A stretch of DNA of 64,000 nt from Algibacter sp. (GTDB taxonomy: Bacteria; Bacteroidota; Bacteroidia; Flavobacteriales; Flavobacteriaceae). The stretch spans positions 452,983 through 516,982 of the forward strand of contig NZ_JBDWDG010000022.1 in assembly GCF_039977455.1 (NCBI RefSeq), given 5' to 3'. The translations under genes and the position numbers were made by a program. Every line of letters begins with the position of its first letter. Positions within the stretch are counted from its first letter, which is position 1. Of this stretch, positions 49,071 to 58,176 are shown piece by piece. The notes under the pieces were generated by a model. The model ran no database searches and was not told where the DNA came from. It worked only from the letters and a program-made list of their open reading frames with translations.

Positions 49071-49331
49071 TTACTTTTTAGAATATTTTATTTTAAAAAA
49101 CATCAATAAAAAAGCAGACACGACTGTAATACTGTTAGCAAAAATCATAGAAGGGCTATCTTTTAAAAACCCATAAAATAACCAAGCCACAATACCAGCA
49201 AAAAACATTAATAACATAGGCAAGGATAAACCCGATACATCTTTTGTGCTCCAAGTTTTAAATACCTGCGGAAGAAAAGCAGCTGTAGTTAAAATGGCTG
49301 CAATAAATCCAATAGTTTCAGTATAATTCAT
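49071..49331 (-). CDS. SemiSWEET/PQ-loop family transporter
   Basis: TTAAFLPQV, KDVSGLSL, 86 aa, three TM segments. Confidence 0.9.
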   Translation of the reverse strand: MNYTETIGFIAAILTTAAFLPQVFKTWSTKDVSGLSLPMLLMFFAGIVAWLFYGFLKDSPSMIFANSITVVSAFLLMFFKIKYSKK

Positions 49332-49354
49332 TCTTATTTTTAATTAAATTATTT

Positions 49355-49474
49355 GGGCATTCCCCAAGGGTTGGGCGATCGGTAGTCGCTTTTTTGTTTT
49401 GCATACCTACCTGTTGGCATGCAGGCGTAAACAACACAAAAAGAGCTTCAACAAAACCTCAATTCCTAATGTGG
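49355..49474 (+). repeat. Dispersed structured repeat, copy 5 (divergent)
   Basis: GGGCATTCCCCAAGGGTTGGGC...CAATTCCTAATG with a long internal stem. Confidence 0.6.
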
Positions 49475-49578
49475 GTTTATTTGTTATTGGCAGTATTTAT
49501 TTTTTATTAAAACCAATCTATTTTAGTCATTTTTACGAAAACCAAAAATATTGTATAGTGCAAAAACTTGTATTGCCC

Positions 49579-52407
49579 TTACCCTACAATATTTACAATT
49601 TTCCCAGGTACAACAATTACTTTTTTAGGTGTACGCCCTGCTAATTGTTCTTGTGTTTTTTCGTTTGCTAAAACAGCTGCTTCAATATCGTCCTTACTCA
49701 TATCCAATGGTAATTCCATGGTGAAACGCATTTTACCATTAAACGAAATTGGATAATTCTTGCTACTTTCAACCAAATGACTTGCATCAAACTTTGGAAA
49801 AGGCGCCGTTGAAATTGACTCCTTATTCCCTAATTGGCTCCATAACTCCTCAGCAATATGTGGCGCATAAGGAGAAATTAAAACCAATAAAGGCTCGAGT
49901 ATTTCTTTCGAAGTACATTTTTGCGTCGTCAGTTCGTTAGCTGCAATCATAAAGGTAGACACCGAAGTATTAAAAGAGAAATTCTCAATATCTTCCTGTA
50001 CCTTTTTAATGGTTTTATGTAACGTTTTTAAGTTGTCTTTAGTTGGTTTAGCATCTGAGACTTTAAGTCCGCTATCATCAGCATACAACTTCCATAATTT
50101 TTTAAGGAAATTATGAACTCCTGTAATACCTGCAGTATTCCAAGGTTTATATTGCTCTAATGGGCCTAAAAACATTTCGTATAATCGTAAACTATCAGCC
50201 CCATAATCTGAAACAATATCATCAGGATTAACAACGTTGTATTTCGATTTAGACATTTTTTCAACATCTCTACCAACCTTATACACGCCATCCTCTAAAA
50301 TAAACTCAGCAGCTTTATAATCTTCACCAAATTCACCATCAGATTTTAACCCTTCAATATCTAATTCATCAGAAGCATTAATATATTTCACTTTTACGTG
50401 AAGTGCTTGTACTTTTTTATCCTTTATTAAACCAGCCGACACATAGGTATTAGTTCCTTCTTCTCTATAAACAAAAGCACTAGTTCCCAAAATCATACCT
50501 TGGTTAATCAGTTTTTTAGCAAACTCATCAACAGGTACAACACCTTTATCGAACAAGAATTTTTGCCAAAAACGCGAATATAATAAGTGTCCTGTAGCAT
50601 GCTCGCTTCCTCCAATATACAAATCGACATCTTTCCAATAATCCATAGCTTCTTTCGATGCTATTTCGTTTTGGTTATCCGGATCCATATATCTATTAAA
50701 ATAGAATGAACTTCCTGCCCACCCTGGCATGGTATTTAATTCTAATGGGTGAATCGTTTTATTATCAATCAAGTCATTGGAAACCACTTCGTTTTTATTG
50801 GTGTCCCAAGCCCAAACGGTAGCATTTCCTAATGGTGGTTCGCCAGTTTCGGTTGGTAAATATTTTTCAACTTCAGGTAACTTTATTGGTAAATGTTCGG
50901 CAGCAATCATCTGTGGCATACCATCAACATAATACACAGGAAAAGGCTCTCCCCAATAACGTTGACGACTAAACACGGCATCGCGCAAACGGTAATTGGT
51001 TTTGCCTGCGCCTTGCCCAATTTGCTCCAACTCGTAAATAGCACGTTTGGTCGCTTTTTTATAATTCATACCGTTTAGGAAATCACTATTTCCTATGACG
51101 GTTTTTTCTTTATCTGAAAATGCTTCTTCCGAAATATCAACACCTTCAAATATGTTAATAATTGGAATATTAAAGTGTTTTGCAAAGGCATAATCGCGCT
51201 CATCACCACATGGGACAGACATTACTGCACCTGTACCGTATCCTGCCAAAACGTAATCGCCAATCCATACCGGAATAGGCTCTTTGGTAAATGGGTGTTC
51301 TGCATACGCACCTGTAAAAGCACCAGAAATGGTTTTTACATCGGCCATTCTATCGCGCTCGCTTCGCTTAGCTGTTGCTACTACATAAGCCTCAACCTCA
51401 GCTTTTTGCTCTGGCGTTGTTATTTGTTGTACTAATTCGTGCTCTGGAGCTAAAGTCATAAAACTAACACCAAATATGGTGTCTGGACGCGTTGTAAACA
51501 CATCAATTACCGCATCATTTTCTTTAACTTTAAAAGTTACTGATGCTCCTACAGATTTTCCAATCCAATTACGCTGACTTTCCTTTAAAGAATCTGTCCA
51601 ATCAATAGTTTCTAAACCTTGTAGTAAACGTTCAGCATAGGCAGAAATACGCATACTCCATTGTGTCATTTTTTTACGAATAACGGCATGCCCACCACGT
51701 TCTGAAACACCATTAACAATTTCATCATTAGCTAAAACAGTTCCTAAGGCTGGACACCAGTTAACTTCAGTTTCGGCTAAATAGGTTAATCTATATTGTA
51801 ATACTATTTGTTGTTGTTTTTTAGAATCAAAAGCATTCCAATCTTCCGCAGTAAATGGCTCAACAGTATCGTCACAAACAGCATTGATAGTTCCATTTCC
51901 TTCCGAGGCGAAAATCGCTTCTAATTCTGAAATATCTTCTGCTTTATTTTTATCATTATTAAACCATGAATTGAATAATTGAATAAAAATCCATTGCGTC
52001 CATTTGTAATAACTAGGATCAGATGTGCGCACCTCGCGAGACCAATCGAAAGAAAACCCAATTTGGTCTAACTGACGGCGGTACGTTGCAATATTATCTT
52101 TAGTGGTAATAGCTGGATGTTGCCCTGTTTGAATAGCATATTGCTCTGCAGGCAACCCAAAACTATCATAACCTTGAGGGTGTAAAACATTAAACCCTTG
52201 GTGACGTTTATAGCGTGCATAAATATCGGACGCAATATAACCCAAAGGATGCCCAACGTGCAATCCTGCACCACTAGGGTAAGGAAACATATCCAAAACA
52301 TAATATTTTGGTTTTTCGCTACCATTTACCGCTTTAAAAGTTTGGTTTTCTGCCCAATATTTTTGCCATTTGGCTTCAATTTCATTGAAATTGTACTTCA
52401 TTGTCAT
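49579..52407 (-). CDS. leuS: Leucine--tRNA ligase
   Basis: MFPYPSGAGLHVGH, TTRPDT, GTGAVMSVP, KMSKS. Confidence 0.98.
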   Translation of the reverse strand: MTMKYNFNEIEAKWQKYWAENQTFKAVNGSEKPKYYVLDMFPYPSGAGLHVGHPLGYIASDIYARYKRHQGFNVLHPQGYDSFGLPAEQYAIQTGQHPAITTKDNIATYRRQLDQIGFSFDWSREVRTSDPSYYKWTQWIFIQLFNSWFNNDKNKAEDISELEAIFASEGNGTINAVCDDTVEPFTAEDWNAFDSKKQQQIVLQYRLTYLAETEVNWCPALGTVLANDEIVNGVSERGGHAVIRKKMTQWSMRISAYAERLLQGLETIDWTDSLKESQRNWIGKSVGASVTFKVKENDAVIDVFTTRPDTIFGVSFMTLAPEHELVQQITTPEQKAEVEAYVVATAKRSERDRMADVKTISGAFTGAYAEHPFTKEPIPVWIGDYVLAGYGTGAVMSVPCGDERDYAFAKHFNIPIINIFEGVDISEEAFSDKEKTVIGNSDFLNGMNYKKATKRAIYELEQIGQGAGKTNYRLRDAVFSRQRYWGEPFPVYYVDGMPQMIAAEHLPIKLPEVEKYLPTETGEPPLGNATVWAWDTNKNEVVSNDLIDNKTIHPLELNTMPGWAGSSFYFNRYMDPDNQNEIASKEAMDYWKDVDLYIGGSEHATGHLLYSRFWQKFLFDKGVVPVDEFAKKLINQGMILGTSAFVYREEGTNTYVSAGLIKDKKVQALHVKVKYINASDELDIEGLKSDGEFGEDYKAAEFILEDGVYKVGRDVEKMSKSKYNVVNPDDIVSDYGADSLRLYEMFLGPLEQYKPWNTAGITGVHNFLKKLWKLYADDSGLKVSDAKPTKDNLKTLHKTIKKVQEDIENFSFNTSVSTFMIAANELTTQKCTSKEILEPLLVLISPYAPHIAEELWSQLGNKESISTAPFPKFDASHLVESSKNYPISFNGKMRFTMELPLDMSKDDIEAAVLANEKTQEQLAGRTPKKVIVVPGKIVNIVG

Positions 52408-52566
52408 CCGTTTTAAGAAGTTGCAAATTTACGTTTTAAATAGAAAACAAAAAGGGTTTCGATTTAATTAATCGTTATCACCTTATTTTACTTAAAACAT
52501 ATAGATGTTTTAAGGATTTAAACTATGCAAATTTGTAATTTCGCAACCTTAAATAACTGTTTACAC

Positions 52567-53481
52567 TTGATAAAAGACACCACCAAAGCTCACCTAGCAC
52601 TTTTAAGTGCCAATATTATTTATGGCGCCAATTATATTATTGCAAAAGGCATTATGCCAAATAAAATAGGGCCAACGGCATTCGTTTTTATTCGCCTTAG
52701 TTGCTGCTGCCTTTTATTTTGGGCTATTAAACTCTTATTTATAAAAGAAAAAATTGATAAAAAAGATTTACCTCGTTTTATATTATGTGGTTTGTTTGGC
52801 GGTGCAGCAAACCAATTGTTGTTTTTTCATGGCATTAATTTAACCTCGCCCATAGATGCTTCTATAATAACCACGGCTACACCTGTTATTGTTTTAATTT
52901 TTAGCCTTATCATTTTAAAAGAACGCATTACAAAAAACAAACTTATAGGTATTACTATTGCTACAATTGGCGCTGTTTTTTTAATTCTCTATGGCAATAA
53001 AGCCACCGGAACCAGCTCTTTTTTAGGCAACTTATTTGTTTTACTTAATGCCAGTTGTTATGGTTTATATTTGGTAATAGCTAAAACCTTAATGAGTAAA
53101 TACAACCCCATAACTGTAATAAGTTGGATGTTTTTGTTTGGTTTTATGTTTGTTTCACCTTTTGGAATATCAGAATTTTTAAACACCAATTTTGAAGCCT
53201 TTACCGTAAACACCTATTTAACTATTGGCTATGTGGTTTTATTTACCACCTTTTTTGCATACCTATTTAATATTTTTGCGCTTAAGCATTTAGCTCCATC
53301 AATAACCAGCAGCTACACCTATTTACAACCTGTTGTTAGCTTTATAATGGTTACTGTTCTTGCCTTTGTTTTTATGCAAGATATTTATGCCGAAGACATT
53401 AATTTTATTAAAATTATAAGCTGTTTTGTCGTGGCTTTTGGTGTTTACATAATTAGCAAACCAGAAAAACTAAGAATTTAA
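52567..53481 (+). CDS. DMT/EamA family transporter
   Basis: About ten TM segments with a duplicated EamA pattern; TTG start chosen (ORF opens at 52525). Confidence 0.85.
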   Translation: MIKDTTKAHLALLSANIIYGANYIIAKGIMPNKIGPTAFVFIRLSCCCLLFWAIKLLFIKEKIDKKDLPRFILCGLFGGAANQLLFFHGINLTSPIDASIITTATPVIVLIFSLIILKERITKNKLIGITIATIGAVFLILYGNKATGTSSFLGNLFVLLNASCYGLYLVIAKTLMSKYNPITVISWMFLFGFMFVSPFGISEFLNTNFEAFTVNTYLTIGYVVLFTTFFAYLFNIFALKHLAPSITSSYTYLQPVVSFIMVTVLAFVFMQDIYAEDINFIKIISCFVVAFGVYIISKPEKLRI

Positions 53482-53688
53482 AAACTATAATATAAGATTT
53501 AACGTTGTTATCTTAAAATCTATCAACTTTAACCAACCATAATCAGCAAAAAATAAAAAATCTTTAGATATTATATGATTTTAACATAAACAGGAATTGA
53601 CAAATGGAACTGAAAACAAAAGACTTAAGCCTTTTGAAGTTTCTTTTCAATTTCTTTATTATTTTTACAGCTTTAATCCTATCATTTT

Positions 53689-54567
53689 ATGAGTTCATCA
53701 TTTGAAAAACACCAAAAACGCAGACTTATTTCTTCCTACTTTTCAGTAGTGTTAAGTATTGCATTGGTTTTATTTTTATTAGGGTTACTAGGCATGCTCA
53801 TTTTAAATGCCAAAAAAGTTTCAGACCATTTTAAGGAACAAGTTGTAGTTACTATTTACTTAAAAGACACCGCTAAGGAAGTGGAAACTAAACAGCTTGA
53901 AAAAAGTTTGGCTATGGCAGATTATGTAAAATCTACCGAATATGTTTCAAAAGAACAGGCTGCCGAATTTATGAAAGCTGAAAACGGTGAAGACTTTATG
54001 GACTTTGTAGGTTACAACCCATTGCAAAACTCCATTGATGTGCACTTAAAAGCCGATTTTGTTACGTCGGAACATCTTGAAAAAATTTCAGCGGAAGCAA
54101 CAAACAAAAACTTTGTTGATGAAGTAACTTATGATAATGACTTGGTTAACCTCATGAACGATAACGTAAAGAAAATCAGTTTTTGGGTATTGGTAATAAG
54201 TGGAATTTTTACTTTAATTGCTGTTTTATTAATTAATAGCTCTATAAGATTAGCGGTTTACTCTAAACGCTTTACCATTAAAACCATGCAAATGGTTGGC
54301 GCAACAAAACGTTTTATTAGACGTCCGTTTGTATGGAAAAGTGTACGTTTAGGCATGATTGGCGCTTTTTTAGCGTTAATAGGTATGGCCATTGTTTTAT
54401 ACTATTTAGACAAAACTTTTGTTGAACTAGAACTGCTAGGCAACCCTATTTTAGTTGCGGCATTATTTGTTTTTATATTTGCCTTAGGCATTATAATTAC
54501 TTGGATAAGTACACACTTTGCAACACAACGCTTCTTAAATTTAAGAACAGACGAGTTGTATTATTAA
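53689..54567 (+). CDS. ftsX: Cell division permease FtsX
   Basis: YNPLQNSI, LINSSIRL, TMQMVGATKRFIRRPF. Confidence 0.93.
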   Translation: MSSSFEKHQKRRLISSYFSVVLSIALVLFLLGLLGMLILNAKKVSDHFKEQVVVTIYLKDTAKEVETKQLEKSLAMADYVKSTEYVSKEQAAEFMKAENGEDFMDFVGYNPLQNSIDVHLKADFVTSEHLEKISAEATNKNFVDEVTYDNDLVNLMNDNVKKISFWVLVISGIFTLIAVLLINSSIRLAVYSKRFTIKTMQMVGATKRFIRRPFVWKSVRLGMIGAFLALIGMAIVLYYLDKTFVELELLGNPILVAALFVFIFALGIIITWISTHFATQRFLNLRTDELYY

Positions 54568-54663
54568 CACAAAAAGTAAAAAACAATAATTTAGAAAATC
54601 ATTAACAGCATTTTTCTAAATAAATCTTTTACTTTGCACTAAATTATTCTGCGGAATTTAATC

Positions 54664-54918
54664 ATGGGAGAAAAAAAACGTAAAGAAGAAGCGAAACCAA
54701 TTTTTGTATTTGGAAAGAAAAACTACCAATTCATGTTTATTGGTTTAGCTATTATTGCACTTGGGTTTATTTTAATGTCTGGCGGTGGAAGTGATGATCC
54801 AAACGTTTTTAATCCTGAAATTTTTAGCTGGAGACGTATTCGATTGGCACCAACATTAATTCTTATTGGTTTTGGTATCCAAATTTATGCGATACTTTTA
54901 AATCCTGATAAAAAATAG
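54664..54918 (+). CDS. DUF3098 membrane protein
   Basis: FGKKNY, GFILMSGGGSDDP, RIRLAP. Confidence 0.9.
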   Translation: MGEKKRKEEAKPIFVFGKKNYQFMFIGLAIIALGFILMSGGGSDDPNVFNPEIFSWRRIRLAPTLILIGFGIQIYAILLNPDKK

Positions 54919-54945
54919 ATTAATTACGATACGTATATCTCTAAT

Positions 54946-56076
54946 TTATTCTTTTAAACATTTTCTCGAAAACACATTAGCTATTTCTTTCAGGTAAGAA
55001 TACCCGTTTTTCATAGCATCATCTAGGTTTTTCGCATAATTTATAACGGCATCTGCATAATGAATTCCGAATTCTTCAGGGCTATTACCCTCTAAATCTA
55101 TTGCGCCACAAAAGGCAGCCACTTTTATTTTTTTCGCTTTCGCTGAAGACAATACACCTTGAATAGTCTTACCAGACATGGTTTGTGTATCTAACTTTCC
55201 TTCTCCAGTAATTATCCAATCGGCTCCTGTAATTTTAAAGTCAAAATCAGCTAAGTCTTTTATGAGTTTTATACCCGGTTCTAAAAGGCCATTTAAAAAC
55301 ACTTTTGATGCTATTCCCATGCCACCTGCAGCACCTGCTCCTTTTACAGATTGCGTGTCTACATTAAAAACGGCCTTTATAAGTTTAGTAAAAGATTCTA
55401 AGCCTTTATCGAGCATTTCAATATCTTTACTTGAAGCTCCTTTTTGCGCGCCATAAATATATGCAGCGCCATTTTTTCCGTACAACGGATTGGTTACATC
55501 GCAAGCAATACTAAAATTTACATCAAATAATTTAGGACTAATATGGCTAATATCTATATCTGTAATTTGAGATAAATTAGCACCTATAGGCACCACTTCT
55601 TTATTATTTTTATCTAAAAAACGATAGCCTAATGCAGTTGCCATTCCAATACCGCAATCATTAGTAGCGCTTCCACCAATACCTAAAATTATGTTTGTTG
55701 CACCCTTATTAATAGCATCGAGGATCATTTCGCCAGTGCCTAATGTGGTTGCGTTTTTACAATCAAATTGTTCTGGTTTTAAAAGTTTTAAACCAGAAGC
55801 TTCGGCCATTTCAATGAATGCCGTTTTGGACCTTTCAGAATACAGATAAGTCGCTATTACAGGCTTAAAAAAAGGATTATTCACCTCTACTTTTACCGCG
55901 GATCCTTTTAGATAATAATTAACCACCTCGATTGTGCCATCACCACCATCTGCTAATGGGAGCTTTAAAATTTCAATATCTAAATTTAAATTTTTTATAG
56001 CACCTTCAACAGTATTACAAAACTCTAATCCTGTTAAAGAATTTTTAAACTTATCTGGTGCTAAAACAATTTTCAT
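54946..56076 (-). CDS. Glycerate kinase (class I, GlxK/GarK family)
   Basis: APDKFKNSL, PLADGGDGT, IEMAEASG, GIGGSATND, ACDV.NPL, GAGAAGG, TGEG. Confidence 0.95.
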   Translation of the reverse strand: MKIVLAPDKFKNSLTGLEFCNTVEGAIKNLNLDIEILKLPLADGGDGTIEVVNYYLKGSAVKVEVNNPFFKPVIATYLYSERSKTAFIEMAEASGLKLLKPEQFDCKNATTLGTGEMILDAINKGATNIILGIGGSATNDCGIGMATALGYRFLDKNNKEVVPIGANLSQITDIDISHISPKLFDVNFSIACDVTNPLYGKNGAAYIYGAQKGASSKDIEMLDKGLESFTKLIKAVFNVDTQSVKGAGAAGGMGIASKVFLNGLLEPGIKLIKDLADFDFKITGADWIITGEGKLDTQTMSGKTIQGVLSSAKAKKIKVAAFCGAIDLEGNSPEEFGIHYADAVINYAKNLDDAMKNGYSYLKEIANVFSRKCLKE

Positions 56077-56169
56077 TTACTCGAAATTTAATTTAAAAAC
56101 AATGGAAGAAAATAACTAAACACTAAAATGAACACAAAAAACACCAAGAGAATATAAACTTCTTTTATC

Positions 56170-56418
56170 ATGAAATCCTCCTTTTTAATGGCAACATTAA
56201 AGTTTGAAATGCTTTTAAATTCAGGGTTACGAGTTAACGCATTAACAGTATACGCTACTACTAAAGCTCTGATTACACCTGTAAAATTAGGTCAAATCAT
56301 GATATTAACAAAAAAATTTAATATCTGTATCCTAGAATACATTGCTATTAAACATTTAATTGAAGAAATTAAAAGTACTACTGATATTCATAGAAATATA
56401 AGGGAACATTACAATTAG
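56170..56418 (+). CDS. Doubtful 82-aa ORF
   Basis: Open frame in a 415-bp intergenic gap; no recognisable motif. Confidence 0.2.
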   Translation: MKSSFLMATLKFEMLLNSGLRVNALTVYATTKALITPVKLGQIMILTKKFNICILEYIAIKHLIEEIKSTTDIHRNIREHYN

Positions 56419-56479
56419 AGATTCTACTTTTAAAGTTTAATATTTTTATTTGAAAGACATTTTACTTACGCAATTTTAA

Positions 56480-56487
56480 TACTTTTG
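56480..56487 (+). promoter_or_regulatory. -7 promoter element of uppP, 4 nt before the ATG
   Basis: TACTTTTG-CGCC-ATG. Confidence 0.65.
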
Positions 56488-56491
56488 CGCC

Positions 56492-57286
56492 ATGGAAATT
56501 TTAGACGCAATCATTTTAGGTATTATTCAAGGACTTACAGAGTTTTTACCTGTTTCATCTAGCGGACATTTAGAAATAGGAAAAGCCATTCTAGGGGATA
56601 ATTCGGTGCCAGAAGAAAGTTTATTATTTACAGTAGTCCTTCATTTTGCCACAGCATTAAGCACCATGGTTATTTTTAGAAAAGATATTTTAAATCTTAT
56701 TAAAGGCGCTTTAAAGTTTGAATGGAATGACGACTTACAATTCATTTCTAAAATTGCTATTTCTATGATTCCAGCCGTTATTGTAGGTTTATTTTTTGAA
56801 GAACAATTAGAATCACTTTTTGGCGGAAACATTTTATTAGTTGGCTGTATGTTAATCGTTACGGCTATCCTTTTATTTTTGGCAGACAAAGCTAAGGACA
56901 CCGAAAAAAAGGTAAGCTTCCAAAATGCATTTGTTATTGGAATCTCACAAGCTATTGCGATGCTACCAGGAATTTCACGTTCTGGCGCAACCATTTCTAC
57001 CTCGGTATTACTAGGAAACGATAAAACTAAAGCGGCTCGTTTTTCATTTTTAATGGTAGTGCCTTTAATTTTTGGAAAAATTGCTAAAGATGTTTTAAGT
57101 GGCGATTTAACTTATGATTCTGGAAACTTCACAGCACTTTCTATTGGATTTGTTGCAGCTTTTATTGCGGGCTTATTTGCTTGTACTTGGATGATATCGT
57201 TAGTAAAGAAAAGCAAACTTTCCTATTTTGCCATTTACTGTGTAATTGTTGGTATTATTGCTATTGTTTTTTCATTATTAAACTAA
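56492..57286 (+). CDS. uppP: Undecaprenyl-diphosphate phosphatase
   Basis: QGLTEFLPVSSSGHL, PGISRSGATI, FSFLM. Confidence 0.96.
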   Translation: MEILDAIILGIIQGLTEFLPVSSSGHLEIGKAILGDNSVPEESLLFTVVLHFATALSTMVIFRKDILNLIKGALKFEWNDDLQFISKIAISMIPAVIVGLFFEEQLESLFGGNILLVGCMLIVTAILLFLADKAKDTEKKVSFQNAFVIGISQAIAMLPGISRSGATISTSVLLGNDKTKAARFSFLMVVPLIFGKIAKDVLSGDLTYDSGNFTALSIGFVAAFIAGLFACTWMISLVKKSKLSYFAIYCVIVGIIAIVFSLLN

Positions 57287-57298
57287 AACCTAATACAC

Positions 57299-58018
57299 TT
57301 GAAAACGCTTGAAGATTACCTTTCTGGAGAAGTTTTACTTATAGACAAACCCCTAAACTGGACGTCGTTTCAAGTGGTTAACAAACTGCGTTGGGAAATC
57401 CGTCAAGCCTTCAAAATAAAAAAAATAAAAGTAGGGCACGCTGGCACACTAGATCCTTTAGCTACCGGATTATTGGTTATTTGTACAGGAAAAATGACTA
57501 AGCAAATAGACACCTTTCAAGGTCAAATAAAAGAATATACTGGAACTATTGTTTTAGGTAGCACTACACCATCTTATGATTTGGAGAGCGAAATAAACGA
57601 AACCTTTCCTATCGATCATATTAATGAAGTCTTAATCTATAAAACTACCGAGCAATTTATTGGTGAAATTCAGCAATTTCCACCTGTTTTTTCTGCATTA
57701 AAAAAAGATGGTAAACGCTTATACGAATTTGCTAGAGCTGGCGAGCATGTAGATATTCCTTCGAGAACAATAAACATTTCAGAATTTGAAATTACTAAAA
57801 TTGATACTTCGACTGCGCTCAGTACAGGCTCAATACACATTGATTTTAGAGTAGTTTGTAGTAAAGGCACCTATATACGCTCTTTAGCAAATGATTTTGG
57901 AAAAGCATTAAATTCTGGCGGACATCTATCGGCATTAAGACGCACAAAAATTGGAGCTTTTAATGTTAAAAACGCCAATTCTATTGAAGGATTTATTGAT
58001 AGTTTATCTTCCAACTAA
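57299..58018 (+). CDS. truB: tRNA pseudouridine(55) synthase
   Basis: KVGHAGTLDPLATG, PPVFSA, CSKGTYIRSL; TTG start. Confidence 0.96.
   Translation: MKTLEDYLSGEVLLIDKPLNWTSFQVVNKLRWEIRQAFKIKKIKVGHAGTLDPLATGLLVICTGKMTKQIDTFQGQIKEYTGTIVLGSTTPSYDLESEINETFPIDHINEVLIYKTTEQFIGEIQQFPPVFSALKKDGKRLYEFARAGEHVDIPSRTINISEFEITKIDTSTALSTGSIHIDFRVVCSKGTYIRSLANDFGKALNSGGHLSALRRTKIGAFNVKNANSIEGFIDSLSSN
57807..57829 (+). repeat. REP-like motif embedded in frame in truB
   Basis: CTTCGACTGCGCTCAGTACAGGC is 19/23 identical to the reverse complement of intergenic 2738-2760. Confidence 0.75.
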
Positions 58019-58176
58019 CAGCAAATTCTTTTTAAAACATCTTAGTTTTAGCATAAAAACAAATCATAAATCGTTTAAATTTCACACCCTAAAAATTTTA
58101 GAACCTGTGTTAATTAAAACTTTTTAACGTATTTTGCCGTATATATTAGTATGACTCCCTAATTGATAACAACGTA

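Noticed and set aside
49579-52407. Unusually long LeuRS (942 aa)
   Set aside because: This length is typical of Bacteroidota LeuRS with lineage-specific insertions. The frame is intact and no foreign domain was seen.
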